A DNA stretch of 64,000 nt from Candidatus Latescibacterota bacterium (GTDB lineage Bacteria; Latescibacterota; UBA2968): contig OZ242320.1 in the NCBI GenBank assembly GCA_965208125.1, positions 928,001-992,000 on the forward strand, read 5' to 3'. Position numbers and translations under genes: made by a program. This document shows, piece after piece, positions 10,219 through 19,770 of this stretch (positions are counted from its first letter, which is position 1; each line of letters starts with the position of its first letter). Below the pieces are notes generated by a model. The model was not told the DNA's origin and did not search any database. It saw nothing but the letters and a program-made list of their open reading frames with translations.

Positions 10219-11694
10219 ATGCCTCTTCTCTCATCCATACTTCTCACCCCCGTCATCACCCTCATCATCCTTTTGCTCATGCCCCAAAAAGCCGTGCGGG
10301 GCATTCGGCTGATCTGCGCCCTCAGTGGCCTGTTGACCTGTGTGCTGAGTTTGCAACTCTGGATAAGCTATGATCCCACAATCGGCGGTATTCAATTTGA
10401 AGAAATAATCCCCTGGGTCGCAGTCATTGGCATCTCCTATCATCTCGGCGTTGACGGATTTGGCGTCATCCTCGTCATGCTCAACGCCATAGTCTATTTC
10501 ACCGGGGTGCTCACCATGTGGGACCTCGAAGACCGCGTAAAAGAATATTTCGCCTTCATGGTACTCCTCGTCATCGGCGTCTTCGGCGTCTTCATGTCGC
10601 TGGACCTCTTCTTCTTCTTCTTCTTTTACGAAATCGCCGTCGTCCCCATGTATCCCCTCATCCTGATATGGGGCAGCGGCAACAGAGCTTATGCTGGCAT
10701 GAAACTCATGCTCTTCCTCCTCGCCGGTAGCGCACTCCTCTTTCCCGGCCTACTCGCCATCTATCACCACGCGGGCCTCAACACCTTTGACATCATTGCC
10801 CTATCCGCACACACATTCGATCCCCAATTCCAAATATTTGTCTATCCCTTCATCTACATTGGCTTTGGCGTCTTAGCCGGCCTGTTTCCGTTCCACGGAT
10901 GGTCGCCCACAGGCCACGTTGCCGCGCCATCTGCTGTTTCCATGCTACACGCGGGCGTCCTGATGAAACTCGGCGCATTTGGCATACTCACAGTCGGCAT
11001 CCGCCTGCTGCCCGAAGGCGCTGCGTACTGGGCACCGACCTTTGTGGTATTGGCCGTCATAGGAATCATCTACGGTGCTTATGTCGCCATGCGGCAGACC
11101 GACTTCAAATTTGTCATCGGCTTTTCATCTGTATCTCACATGGGCATTGTCCTCCTCGGCCTCAACCTCGCAATCCTCGGCCAGGTCGTTGCAACCGACG
11201 CCCTCAACGGCGCAGTCTTCCAGATGTTTGCCCACGGCATCATGACCGCCCTATTTTTCAGCACCGCGGGATATATCTACGACAAATCCCACTCCAAAAC
11301 CATTGGCGACTTTGGCGGTCTTGGCAAGCAGATGCCCCGCGCAGTCTCCATCTTTATCGTCGCGGGCCTGTGTGGCGCCGGGTTGCCTGGCCTAGCGAGC
11401 TTTTGGGCTGAATTACTCGTCTTTCTCGCCGCTTTGAAAACATACCCCATCGCCGGCATCATCGTCATCCTCGGTCTCGTACTCACCGCAGTTTACATTT
11501 TGCGCGTCTTCAACCTGGCCTTTTTTGGCGCACCAAATCCGAAATGGGAAAATCTGAAAGCACAGGACATGTCTGGCCTGCACCTGATACCGCGCGCCAT
11601 ACTAATCGCCGTACTCGTAATCTTCGGCTTTGTACCCCGCCTCATGCTCGACCTGATCAACAGCACGACAATAGCTTTCTTGGGTAATTTCTAA
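10219..11694 (+). CDS. nuoM: NADH-quinone oxidoreductase subunit M
   Basis: FFFFYE, PFHGWSP..HVAAP, SSVSHMG; operon position. Confidence 0.94.
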   Translation: MPLLSSILLTPVITLIILLLMPQKAVRGIRLICALSGLLTCVLSLQLWISYDPTIGGIQFEEIIPWVAVIGISYHLGVDGFGVILVMLNAIVYFTGVLTMWDLEDRVKEYFAFMVLLVIGVFGVFMSLDLFFFFFFYEIAVVPMYPLILIWGSGNRAYAGMKLMLFLLAGSALLFPGLLAIYHHAGLNTFDIIALSAHTFDPQFQIFVYPFIYIGFGVLAGLFPFHGWSPTGHVAAPSAVSMLHAGVLMKLGAFGILTVGIRLLPEGAAYWAPTFVVLAVIGIIYGAYVAMRQTDFKFVIGFSSVSHMGIVLLGLNLAILGQVVATDALNGAVFQMFAHGIMTALFFSTAGYIYDKSHSKTIGDFGGLGKQMPRAVSIFIVAGLCGAGLPGLASFWAELLVFLAALKTYPIAGIIVILGLVLTAVYILRVFNLAFFGAPNPKWENLKAQDMSGLHLIPRAILIAVLVIFGFVPRLMLDLINSTTIAFLGNF

Positions 11695-11695
11695 C

Positions 11696-13120
11696 ATGGA
11701 AAACGCTATCCTCTTCGCACCAGAACTTATTTGCCTGATCATGGGCCTCGTGCTCTTTTTTGCCACAGTGCTCAACTGGTCCTATCGCACCACCCGGGGC
11801 ATTGCCATAGCATCCGGCATAGCCATGATCGCCGCCTGTCTCTGGACCCTACCCCTTGAAGGCGAACCCTTCTTCCCTGGCATATACGCGGTTGACTTCT
11901 TTTCTCAACTGATCAAAACAGCACTCGCTGTCGGATTCTTATTTGTCGTCATCGCCAGCGCCAACCCCCTCACAGTTGACCGCAATGGTTGGCTCGAAGT
12001 CCCCCTCTTCTTCATCTTTTCCACACTCGGCATGATGATGATGGTCAGCGCGACCGAACTCCTCACCCTCTATGTCGCTATGGAACTGGCCGCCTATCCC
12101 GTCTATATCGTCGTTGCCCTTCACCGCAATTCGGACATCGGTGGGGAAAGCGCCGCCAAATACATGGTACAGGGCATGGCAGCCTCGGCCATCTCGCTCT
12201 ACGGCATGAGCTTTCTCTTCGGCACATTTGGCTCCACCTACTTCTCTGCCATCAGCATCCCACACGCCGCCGCGCAACCCATCTTCTACCTGGGCCTATT
12301 GCTCACACTCGCTGGCTTCTTCTTCAAACTCGGCGCATTCCCCTTCCACTTTTGGGCACCCGACACCTATGAAACCGCGCCCCATCCCATCATCACATTC
12401 ATCGCCACTGTTTCCAAAATCGCCGCCATAGGCATCCTCTGCCGCCTGTTATCCCTCGCCATGCCCGGTGGCTGGGAATCGGGCCACGCCCAAACCGCGC
12501 TCATGTGGGCAAGCGTCATCGCAATGAGCCTGGGCAACCTGGCCGCACTCGCACAAAAAGACCTCAAACGCCTGCTCGGATATTCCACAGTCGCCCACGC
12601 CGGTTACGTACTCCTCGCCCTGCAAACCTTCGCCGAATGGGGTCTTACTGCTGCCCTATTTTACGCCATTGGCTACTTTGCCATGTCTTTTGCGTGCTTC
12701 CTCGTCATCTGTGAAATCGGTCGCAGCGAAGACCGCATCACCATCGAATCCGTATCTGGCCTTTACAAACGCGCCCCCTTCTTCTCCTTCACCTTGCTCA
12801 TCGGCCTGTTTGGCCTCATAGGCCTCCCCCCCACAGTGGGTTTTGTCGGCAAATGGTTCCTCTTCTCCGCCGCCCTCCAGCGCGGACAATTCTATCTCGT
12901 CCTCGTCGCAGCCATCAACGCCGCGGTCGCCCTGTATTATTATCTCCTCATCATCCGCCAACTCTACTGGGTAGAACCCGCCACACAGAACACCATCAAA
13001 CCCACGCCCCTCATCGCCGTCACCGCAATGGCGACCATCACCCTCGTAATCGCAATGGGCACGCTCCCCGGTCCCTTCTGGGACATGGCTGCACGCGCCG
13101 TCCGCGCGCTAATCAGTTGA
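11696..13120 (+). CDS. nuoN: NADH-quinone oxidoreductase subunit N
   Basis: FKLGAFPFHFWAPDTYE, KRLLGYSTVAHAGY, GLPPTVGFVGK. Confidence 0.95.
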   Translation: MENAILFAPELICLIMGLVLFFATVLNWSYRTTRGIAIASGIAMIAACLWTLPLEGEPFFPGIYAVDFFSQLIKTALAVGFLFVVIASANPLTVDRNGWLEVPLFFIFSTLGMMMMVSATELLTLYVAMELAAYPVYIVVALHRNSDIGGESAAKYMVQGMAASAISLYGMSFLFGTFGSTYFSAISIPHAAAQPIFYLGLLLTLAGFFFKLGAFPFHFWAPDTYETAPHPIITFIATVSKIAAIGILCRLLSLAMPGGWESGHAQTALMWASVIAMSLGNLAALAQKDLKRLLGYSTVAHAGYVLLALQTFAEWGLTAALFYAIGYFAMSFACFLVICEIGRSEDRITIESVSGLYKRAPFFSFTLLIGLFGLIGLPPTVGFVGKWFLFSAALQRGQFYLVLVAAINAAVALYYYLLIIRQLYWVEPATQNTIKPTPLIAVTAMATITLVIAMGTLPGPFWDMAARAVRALIS

Positions 13121-13195
13121 TGTTTTAAGAAAAATATTCACCAAAATTAAATTTGTCTTATATTCTGTTACGCAATCATTCAACTAAAAGGAGAT

Positions 13196-13510
13196 ATGGC
13201 AATGGAAACGATTGCTAAAAATAAAAACGCCACTGCTAAACAGGATCAACCAAAAGGAGATATAGCAATGGACGCTGACACCACAAATAACAACACTGAA
13301 CAGAGCCAACGGATAACAACCCTTGAGACAAATTTGGAATTTATCAAAGAACAGCTTTCAGATGTGAAACAGGACTTAAAAGACCTCAAGCAAGGGCAAG
13401 AAAATATTGAAGCGCGGCTCAACACCCGGATTGACGATTTGATAAAGTGGTATGTCCCCACAACGGTTGTTGCTCTATTGGCTTTTGCTGCTATCATGAA
13501 ATATCTGTAA
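13196..13510 (+). CDS. Small coiled-coil protein with a C-terminal membrane anchor (XhlA/DUF1640-like)
   Basis: Strong AAAGGAG RBS, heptad region (LETNLEFIKEQLSDVKQDLKDLK), hydrophobic C-terminus. Family assignment is tentative. Confidence 0.6.
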   Translation: MAMETIAKNKNATAKQDQPKGDIAMDADTTNNNTEQSQRITTLETNLEFIKEQLSDVKQDLKDLKQGQENIEARLNTRIDDLIKWYVPTTVVALLAFAAIMKYL

Positions 13511-13532
13511 AATGGAATCATAGACATTAACC

Positions 13533-13576
13533 AAAAAAAGAACCCGCAACCACCGAACGATTGCGGGTTCTTTTTT
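13533..13576. terminator. Bidirectional intrinsic terminator
   Basis: aaaaaaagaacccgcaa...ttgcgggttctttttt between convergent genes. Confidence 0.85.
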
Positions 13577-13627
13577 GTTCGTGCAAATTCTCTTTCGCAC
13601 ACCCGATGATTTTGTCATCAGTCAAAA

Positions 13628-14170
13628 TCAGGGCGCCGGTCTATACGGAAATGACGAATGATGCACATTGATACGCAACTTGCCATTCTCGTCCTTAAAA
13701 TAGCCAAATGTGAACTCCACTTTGGCTTCTTTTTCGGTATTCGCGTCTGTAAAATAGTAATTACCCATGGCAATGGCCGAGTCGCCGTTAATAATAATAT
13801 CAGCGTTCTCAAATCGGACTTTGCTCCACGGCTGGATAGCAAAACCGCGATCTTCAGGTACAATACCAGTCACAAAATAAGATATAGCCTCTTCTTTTGT
13901 TAAACGAAATTGCTTTTCTGACGCCTTCGTAGGCTTAAATAGAACCTCGCCTTCATCATAACCATATAACGTATTGACGGTCTCTTCGGCCAGTGCCTTA
14001 TAGTCCTTCTTTTGCGTATAAGCCTCACCGATAGCGACAATTGCTTCGCCCCAAATTTTTTGGGCCTCCATAACCTCTCTCTCAACAATACCATTATCTT
14101 TCATGACATCCTCTGCATATCCCGTCGCCACAACCACCAGCGTTGCCAATATTGCCAATTGAATCTTCAT
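13628..14170 (-). CDS. Secreted COG4337 / iota-class carbonic anhydrase-like NTF2-fold protein
   Basis: Signal peptide; VLFKPTKA, GFA..PWSKVRF.N, AMGNYYF, KVEFTFGY and C-terminal HHSS.PY. Confidence 0.75.
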   Translation of the reverse strand: MKIQLAILATLVVVATGYAEDVMKDNGIVEREVMEAQKIWGEAIVAIGEAYTQKKDYKALAEETVNTLYGYDEGEVLFKPTKASEKQFRLTKEEAISYFVTGIVPEDRGFAIQPWSKVRFENADIIINGDSAIAMGNYYFTDANTEKEAKVEFTFGYFKDENGKLRINVHHSSFPYRPAP

Positions 14171-14395
14171 TTTTTAACCCTCCTCCTATTTAAGCAATCG
14201 TATCCGACTGCATCGCATTATTCCTTCTCTTGTATTTCATACATACATAAAAAATTTCTCTTTGTGTGTCAAATCAATTTTATGCTTTAATCTTTCTGAT
14301 AAACAGTCTTTTTTTGGCAAAAAAAACCGTTTTGTGTATCTTCTGTCTCTGTTGCAATGCCCCTACTCATCTTTACGAAAAATTAAGGAATTTTC

Positions 14396-15322
14396 ATGCT
14401 CGGAAAATTAATCGACAAATTAAAAAAGGGACTGACCAAAACCCGCGAAGGCATGGTACAAAAAATCCGCGAAGTCATTCGGCGGCGTCCTGAAATTGAC
14501 GAAGAAACCCTTGAAGAAATTGAAGAAATTCTCATTGAAGCCGACGTTGGTGTAGAACCCACCCTGCGCATAATTGACCAACTGCGCGAACGCTTCGAAA
14601 CCGGCAAACCCATTGAAAACCCGGAAACCGCAGTCCAGGAATTTCTCGAAGAAGAAATCCGCAAAATCCTCCTGCCTTCAGATACCGCGCCATCTGTTGC
14701 AATCACAGCCAAACCCCACGTCATCCTCGTCGTAGGCGTCAACGGCGTGGGCAAAACCACCACCATTGGCAAAATGGCTCACAAACTCAGCCGCGAAGGC
14801 AAAAAAGTACTCTTTGCCGCCGGAGACACATTTCGGGCAGCAGCCATTGACCAACTCGGCATCTGGGCCAACCGCACGGGATCTGACATCGTGCAACACC
14901 AACCGGGCGCAGACGCAGCATCCGTGGCATTCGACGCCATTCAAGCCGCCAGAGCACGCGACATCGACGTCGTACTCATCGACACAGCGGGCCGTCTGCA
15001 CACCAAAATCAACCTCATGGAAGAAGTCAAAAAAATCCGCCGCGTCGTCGCCAAAGCCATGCCCGGTGCCCCCCATGAAACCCTGCTCGTACTCGACGCC
15101 ACCACCGGACAAAATGCCATCATACAGGCAAAACAATTTCACAACACGGTCGAACTCACAGGCCTCGTCCTGGCAAAACTCGACGGCACAGCCAAAGGGG
15201 GTGTGGTCATCGCCATTGCCGACGAACTCGACCTGCCCGTGCGCTATGTTGGCCTGGGAGAAGACATCGAAGACCTTGACGACTTTGACCCCGAAACCTT
15301 TGTCCAGGCTCTATTTGAGTAA
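14396..15322 (+). CDS. ftsY: Signal recognition particle receptor FtsY
   Basis: [35 protein letters not shown]. Confidence 0.97.
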   Translation: MLGKLIDKLKKGLTKTREGMVQKIREVIRRRPEIDEETLEEIEEILIEADVGVEPTLRIIDQLRERFETGKPIENPETAVQEFLEEEIRKILLPSDTAPSVAITAKPHVILVVGVNGVGKTTTIGKMAHKLSREGKKVLFAAGDTFRAAAIDQLGIWANRTGSDIVQHQPGADAASVAFDAIQAARARDIDVVLIDTAGRLHTKINLMEEVKKIRRVVAKAMPGAPHETLLVLDATTGQNAIIQAKQFHNTVELTGLVLAKLDGTAKGGVVIAIADELDLPVRYVGLGEDIEDLDDFDPETFVQALFE

Positions 15323-15356
15323 TTGACGCCAATGCAAAATCGGGTATATTTTTTTC

Positions 15357-16517
15357 ATGCCTATCCAACTGCCCATATATCTCGACAACAACGCCACCAC
15401 TCCTGTAGATGAACGGGTACTCAACGCGATGTTGCCCTATCTCAAAGATCGCTTTGGCAATGCCGCCAGCCGCACACACGCCTTTGGGTGGCATGCCGAA
15501 GATGCTGTTGATCTGGCGCGTGAACAAATAGCCAGCCTCATCAACGCACAGCCCAAAGACATCGTCTTCACCAGTGGCGCCACAGAATCCGACAACCTCG
15601 CCATCAAAGGCGTGGTAGCCGCAGCCACCAACGCGCACATCATCACGCAAGCCACTGAACACCACGCCGTCCTCGACTCTTGCCGCGCGCTGGAACGCGA
15701 TGGCGTCTCAGTCACAATCTTGCCCGTAGATTCACACGGTATTACCGACCCATCAGACATTGCAAACGCCATCACAGACAACACCGCACTCGTCTCCATC
15801 ATGGCGGCCAACAACGAAATCGGCACCTGCCAGGCCATTGAAGAAATCGGAACGATTTGCCATGAAAAAAACATCTACTTTCACACAGATGCTGCACAGG
15901 CCATTGGCAAATACCCGCTTGACGTCGAAGCCATGCACATCGACCTGCTCTCCATCTCCGCCCACAAACTCTATGGACCCAAAGGCGCGGGCGCGCTCTA
16001 TGTGCGCAGCCGTCCGCGCGTTCGCCTCGTCGGCCAAATAGACGGCGGGGGCCATGAAAAGGGCATGCGCTCTGGCACCCTCAATGTACCGGGCATTGTA
16101 GGCATGGGAGAAGCCTGCGCACTTGCACAAAAACACATCGAAACCGAAGCAAAACACAGCCAAAAATTGCGCCATCGCCTGCAAAAACACCTCTTCAACG
16201 CGCTGCCCCAAATACAACTCAACGGCCATCCCGAACAACGCCTTTCGGGCAACCTCAACATCAGCTTTGCCGGCGTGGATGGCGAAAGCCTGCTCATGAG
16301 CTTACAAGACGTAGCCCTCTCATCCGGCTCGGCGTGTACATCCGCCTCTCTCGAACCATCCTATGTACTCAAAGCCATCGGCGTCAGCAATGACATGGCA
16401 CAGTGCAGCATACGCTTTGGCATTGGCCGATTCAACACCAAAGCAGAAATTGACTATGTTGCAGAGCGCGTAATTCAAGAAGTCAATCGCCTTCGCGAAA
16501 TCTCGCCGAACTATTAA
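15357..16517 (+). CDS. iscS: Cysteine desulfurase IscS
   Basis: [36 protein letters not shown]. Confidence 0.96.
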   Translation: MPIQLPIYLDNNATTPVDERVLNAMLPYLKDRFGNAASRTHAFGWHAEDAVDLAREQIASLINAQPKDIVFTSGATESDNLAIKGVVAAATNAHIITQATEHHAVLDSCRALERDGVSVTILPVDSHGITDPSDIANAITDNTALVSIMAANNEIGTCQAIEEIGTICHEKNIYFHTDAAQAIGKYPLDVEAMHIDLLSISAHKLYGPKGAGALYVRSRPRVRLVGQIDGGGHEKGMRSGTLNVPGIVGMGEACALAQKHIETEAKHSQKLRHRLQKHLFNALPQIQLNGHPEQRLSGNLNISFAGVDGESLLMSLQDVALSSGSACTSASLEPSYVLKAIGVSNDMAQCSIRFGIGRFNTKAEIDYVAERVIQEVNRLREISPNY

Positions 16518-16536
16518 ATTCATCCCCGGAGCCACC

Positions 16537-17346
16537 ATGCCAACACCAGACCGACCCCAACGCCCCGAAATCTTACCCGAAGTCAAAAACATCGTCGCAG
16601 TATCCAGCTGCAAAGGCGGCGTGGGAAAAACAACAGTTAGCGTAAACCTCGCGGTCTCACTCGCTAAACAGGGCGCAACGGTTGGCTTGCTCGACGCGGA
16701 TATTTACGGACCCAACGTACCGATTATGATGGGCAGCACAGCGCAACCCAGGTCAATAGGCCAAAAAATACTACCCCTTGAAAATCACAATGTCAAATTC
16801 ATGTCCCTCGGCCTCATCGCCGGAGAAAATGCCCCCATTATATGGCGCGGTCCCATCGTGGGCAGAATGATTCAGCAATTCATGGTTGACGTAATATGGG
16901 GCGCACTCGACTACCTCGTCGTCGATCTACCCCCCGGCACGGGCGATGCACAACTCACCCTTGCCCAAACCGTGCCACTCAGCGGTGCGGTCATTGTCAC
17001 AACCCCACAAAATGTCGCGTTGGAAGACGTACATCGCGGCATAGAAATGTTTCACAAAGTCGAAGTCCCCATCCTCGGCGTTGTCGAAAACATGAGCTAT
17101 TTCCTGTGCCCGTGTTGCGGAGACCGCACGCCCCTCTTCGGCGAAGGCGGAGGCCAACACATCGCCGATGCTTATGGCCTACCCCTGCTCGGACAAATCC
17201 CCATCCAGCCCAATATCCGCGAAGGTGGCGACATGGGTGCGCCCATTGCAACAGGTGAAAACAATGCTTTCCCCGAAATCGCCCGACGCATTGCCGACGC
17301 ACTGGCAGAAAGGGAAAGCGACCTGCCCGAAATCACAATCGTCTAA
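16537..17346 (+). CDS. mrp: Mrp/ApbC Fe-S cluster carrier ATPase
   Basis: KGGVGKTT, DADIYGP, DLPPGTGD, ENMS...CPCC. Confidence 0.93.
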   Translation: MPTPDRPQRPEILPEVKNIVAVSSCKGGVGKTTVSVNLAVSLAKQGATVGLLDADIYGPNVPIMMGSTAQPRSIGQKILPLENHNVKFMSLGLIAGENAPIIWRGPIVGRMIQQFMVDVIWGALDYLVVDLPPGTGDAQLTLAQTVPLSGAVIVTTPQNVALEDVHRGIEMFHKVEVPILGVVENMSYFLCPCCGDRTPLFGEGGGQHIADAYGLPLLGQIPIQPNIREGGDMGAPIATGENNAFPEIARRIADALAERESDLPEITIV

Positions 17347-17437
17347 CTTTTCGGGCTTGCGGATAGAAAAAAATACCTTACATTAAATTCCACCAAAATA
17401 ACTATTCGAAACCAAACACCAACCCGAAAGGCACGCC

Positions 17438-18616
17438 ATGAGTGCAACTTATGAAATGCTCGTCGGACAGGCAGAAGCCAGCACCACGGGACTCTCTCCA
17501 GAACGCGCACAGGAGAAAATCCATGCAAATGGCACGCTGCTCATAGACGTGCGCGAACGCGAAAATTATATCGAAGGATATATCCCCAGCGCAGAAAACG
17601 TGCCGCGTGGCTTTCTCGAACTCCGCATAGAAAGCATGGACAACGACCGCGACCGCGCAATCATAGTCTATGGTGCACGGGGCCAGGGCGCATTAGCCGC
17701 ACAGGCACTTCAAGACATGGGCTATTCCGACGTCGCATATATCCAGGGCGACATCGATTCCTGGAAAAACGCCGGTCTCGCCATTGACCGCGACCGCGCG
17801 CTCGACAAAGCCGAAGTACAGCGCTACTCCCGTCACCTCCTCATCCCCGAAGTGGGAGAACGCGGGCAGGGCAAACTCCTCGACGCCAGAGTACTGCTCA
17901 TCGGCGCAGGCGGATTGGGCAGCCCAACCGGACTTTATCTTGCCGCGACTGGCATTGGGACACTCGGAATCGTCGATGCCGACATCGTCGATGTTACCAA
18001 CTTGCAACGCCAGATACTACACGGCACATCTGACCTGGGTCGTCTCAAAGCCATCTCGGCTTACGAAACACTCAAAGAAATCAACCCCGGCTGTGATGTT
18101 GTGCCACACACCGACTATCTCACATCTGACAACATCATGGACATCCTCCCCGAATACGATATCATCGTCAACGGATGCGACAACTTCCCAACGCGCTATC
18201 TCGTCAACGATGCGTGTGTCTTCCTCAAAAAACCCATCGTGGATGGCAGCATCTTCCGCTTTGAAGGTCAGGTCACGGTGTACACATGCGACGGTGAGGG
18301 GCCTTGCTACCGCTGCCTCTATCCTGCGCCACCACCGGCAGACCTGGCACCATCGTGAGACGAAGCAGGCGTGCTGGGTGTTCTGCCCGGCACAGTTGGC
18401 CTCGTGCAGGCCACAGAAGTTGTCAAACTCATACTCGGTCAGGGGGATCCACTCATCGGTCGCTTACTGATGTACGACGCCCTGCAAATGAACTTCAACA
18501 CATTCAAAATTCGCCGCGATAAAAATTGCCCTGTATGCGGCGACAACCCAACCATCACCGAACTCATGGACTATCAGGCATTCTGCGCCATGGATCACAG
18601 CGACGCAGCGGATTAA
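17438..18616 (+). CDS. moeB: Rhodanese-ThiF/MoeB adenylyltransferase, probable selenoprotein (UGA = Sec at 18356-18358)
   Basis: RYSRH, GAGGLG, NLQRQ and CYRC are present; PPPADLAPS[TGA]DEAGVLGVLPG continues in frame to CPVC and TAA 18616. The TGA occupies the Cys of the conserved PSCxEAGVLG motif. Confidence 0.85.
18371..18393 (+). promoter_or_regulatory. Bacterial SECIS-like hairpin
   Basis: gtgctggg-tgttctg-cccggcac forms an 8-bp stem with GU in the loop; the loop starts about 20 nt after the UGA. Confidence 0.65.
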
Positions 18617-18636
18617 GCACCGCACCGCAAAAACAC

Positions 18637-18682
18637 AAAGGGGTGAAACCACCAATCGGTTTCACCCCTTTTTATTTTTTTT
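18637..18682. terminator. Intrinsic terminator
   Basis: aaaggggtgaaacc...ggtttcacccctttt followed by a T-run, between convergent genes. Confidence 0.85.
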
Positions 18683-18692
18683 CTTCGTAAAT

Positions 18693-19760
18693 TCACCTCT
18701 GATAATGCGCCCTATCTTTATCCTCCACAATACTATCATCCACAGGCACCTCATGGCGATCTGCCCATTCGCCAATTTGCTCGTCAATCGTATCGGGTAT
18801 CTCAATGCCGTGTACGAGGCGGTGTCTGCGGTTGCGATACTCAAAATCCCCCGGAACCAGAACTTCATCTACCCCATCGGCGGGTTCGGTCGTCTTCATC
18901 GCATCTAAAAATGCGCGAATACTCTGTTGATAGCCGTCCAAATCTGTAAACGCACTGATATCAATAACCTGCATAAACGCGCCCCCAGAACGCCGGCCCT
19001 CCCTTTGGGCTCCCGAAAGCTGCCCCATCAAACAGACCATCAGCGAAAGCGCGTAGCCCTTGTGCTCTCCAAAAGCACGCAAAAATCCGCCATCGTAAAA
19101 ATCAAGGGGATTGGTTGAAGGCTTATTATTCTTATCCACAATAAAGGTATCGGGAATCGACGCATTCTTGCTTCGCGCGACCTGGAGCTTGCCCTCGGCG
19201 ACCATAGAAGTGGCAAAATCGATTACAAAAGGTGCCTCATCGCCAGTGGGAACGCCCACCGCAATGGGATTGGTACCCAGACTTCCCTTCTTCCCTCCAA
19301 AAGGCAAAACTTTCAGAGTATTGGGCGAACCCCCACCAACCATGCAAATACCGATAAAACCCCCGCGCGCGGCAATCTCGACATATTCTCCCAGACGCCC
19401 AATATGGGCAACCCGCGTGAACGAAACCGAACAAATTTCAGAAGTTCGCGCTTTTTCCATCGCCTGATGGACTGCGCGATACGCTGTAAGATGTCCCAGT
19501 CCCCCGTTGCCATCCAGAACCAGTGTCGTAGCCGATTCCCGCACCGTAGTGGGTTCAGCCGCCGGATTCATCCCCCCCTCGGAGATATTAGTGAGATACA
19601 AAGGGATGCGGAGAACGCCGTGAGAATCGTGACCGGCGAGATTGGCATTGACCAGAATCTTCGCGACAATATCTGCAATATCAGGTGTCGCACCAGATGC
19701 TTCGAACAAACATCTCGTAAGCGCGTGAAGATGTGCGGGTTGATACGTGTGCATTTGCAT
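18693..19760 (-). CDS. Ldh_2 family (malate/lactate/ureidoglycolate) dehydrogenase
   Basis: GHDSHG, HIGRLG, GTNPIA, HKGYAL; likely start 19760 after a GGAG RBS. Confidence 0.9.
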   Translation of the reverse strand: MQMHTYQPAHLHALTRCLFEASGATPDIADIVAKILVNANLAGHDSHGVLRIPLYLTNISEGGMNPAAEPTTVRESATTLVLDGNGGLGHLTAYRAVHQAMEKARTSEICSVSFTRVAHIGRLGEYVEIAARGGFIGICMVGGGSPNTLKVLPFGGKKGSLGTNPIAVGVPTGDEAPFVIDFATSMVAEGKLQVARSKNASIPDTFIVDKNNKPSTNPLDFYDGGFLRAFGEHKGYALSLMVCLMGQLSGAQREGRRSGGAFMQVIDISAFTDLDGYQQSIRAFLDAMKTTEPADGVDEVLVPGDFEYRNRRHRLVHGIEIPDTIDEQIGEWADRHEVPVDDSIVEDKDRAHYQR

Positions 19761-19770
19761 AAAAAATCTC

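Noticed and set aside
18371-18616. Separate 81-aa ORF, or a moeB pseudogene
   Set aside because: It is the in-frame continuation of MoeB after a UGA at a conserved Cys with a SECIS-like hairpin; Sec readthrough explains it better.
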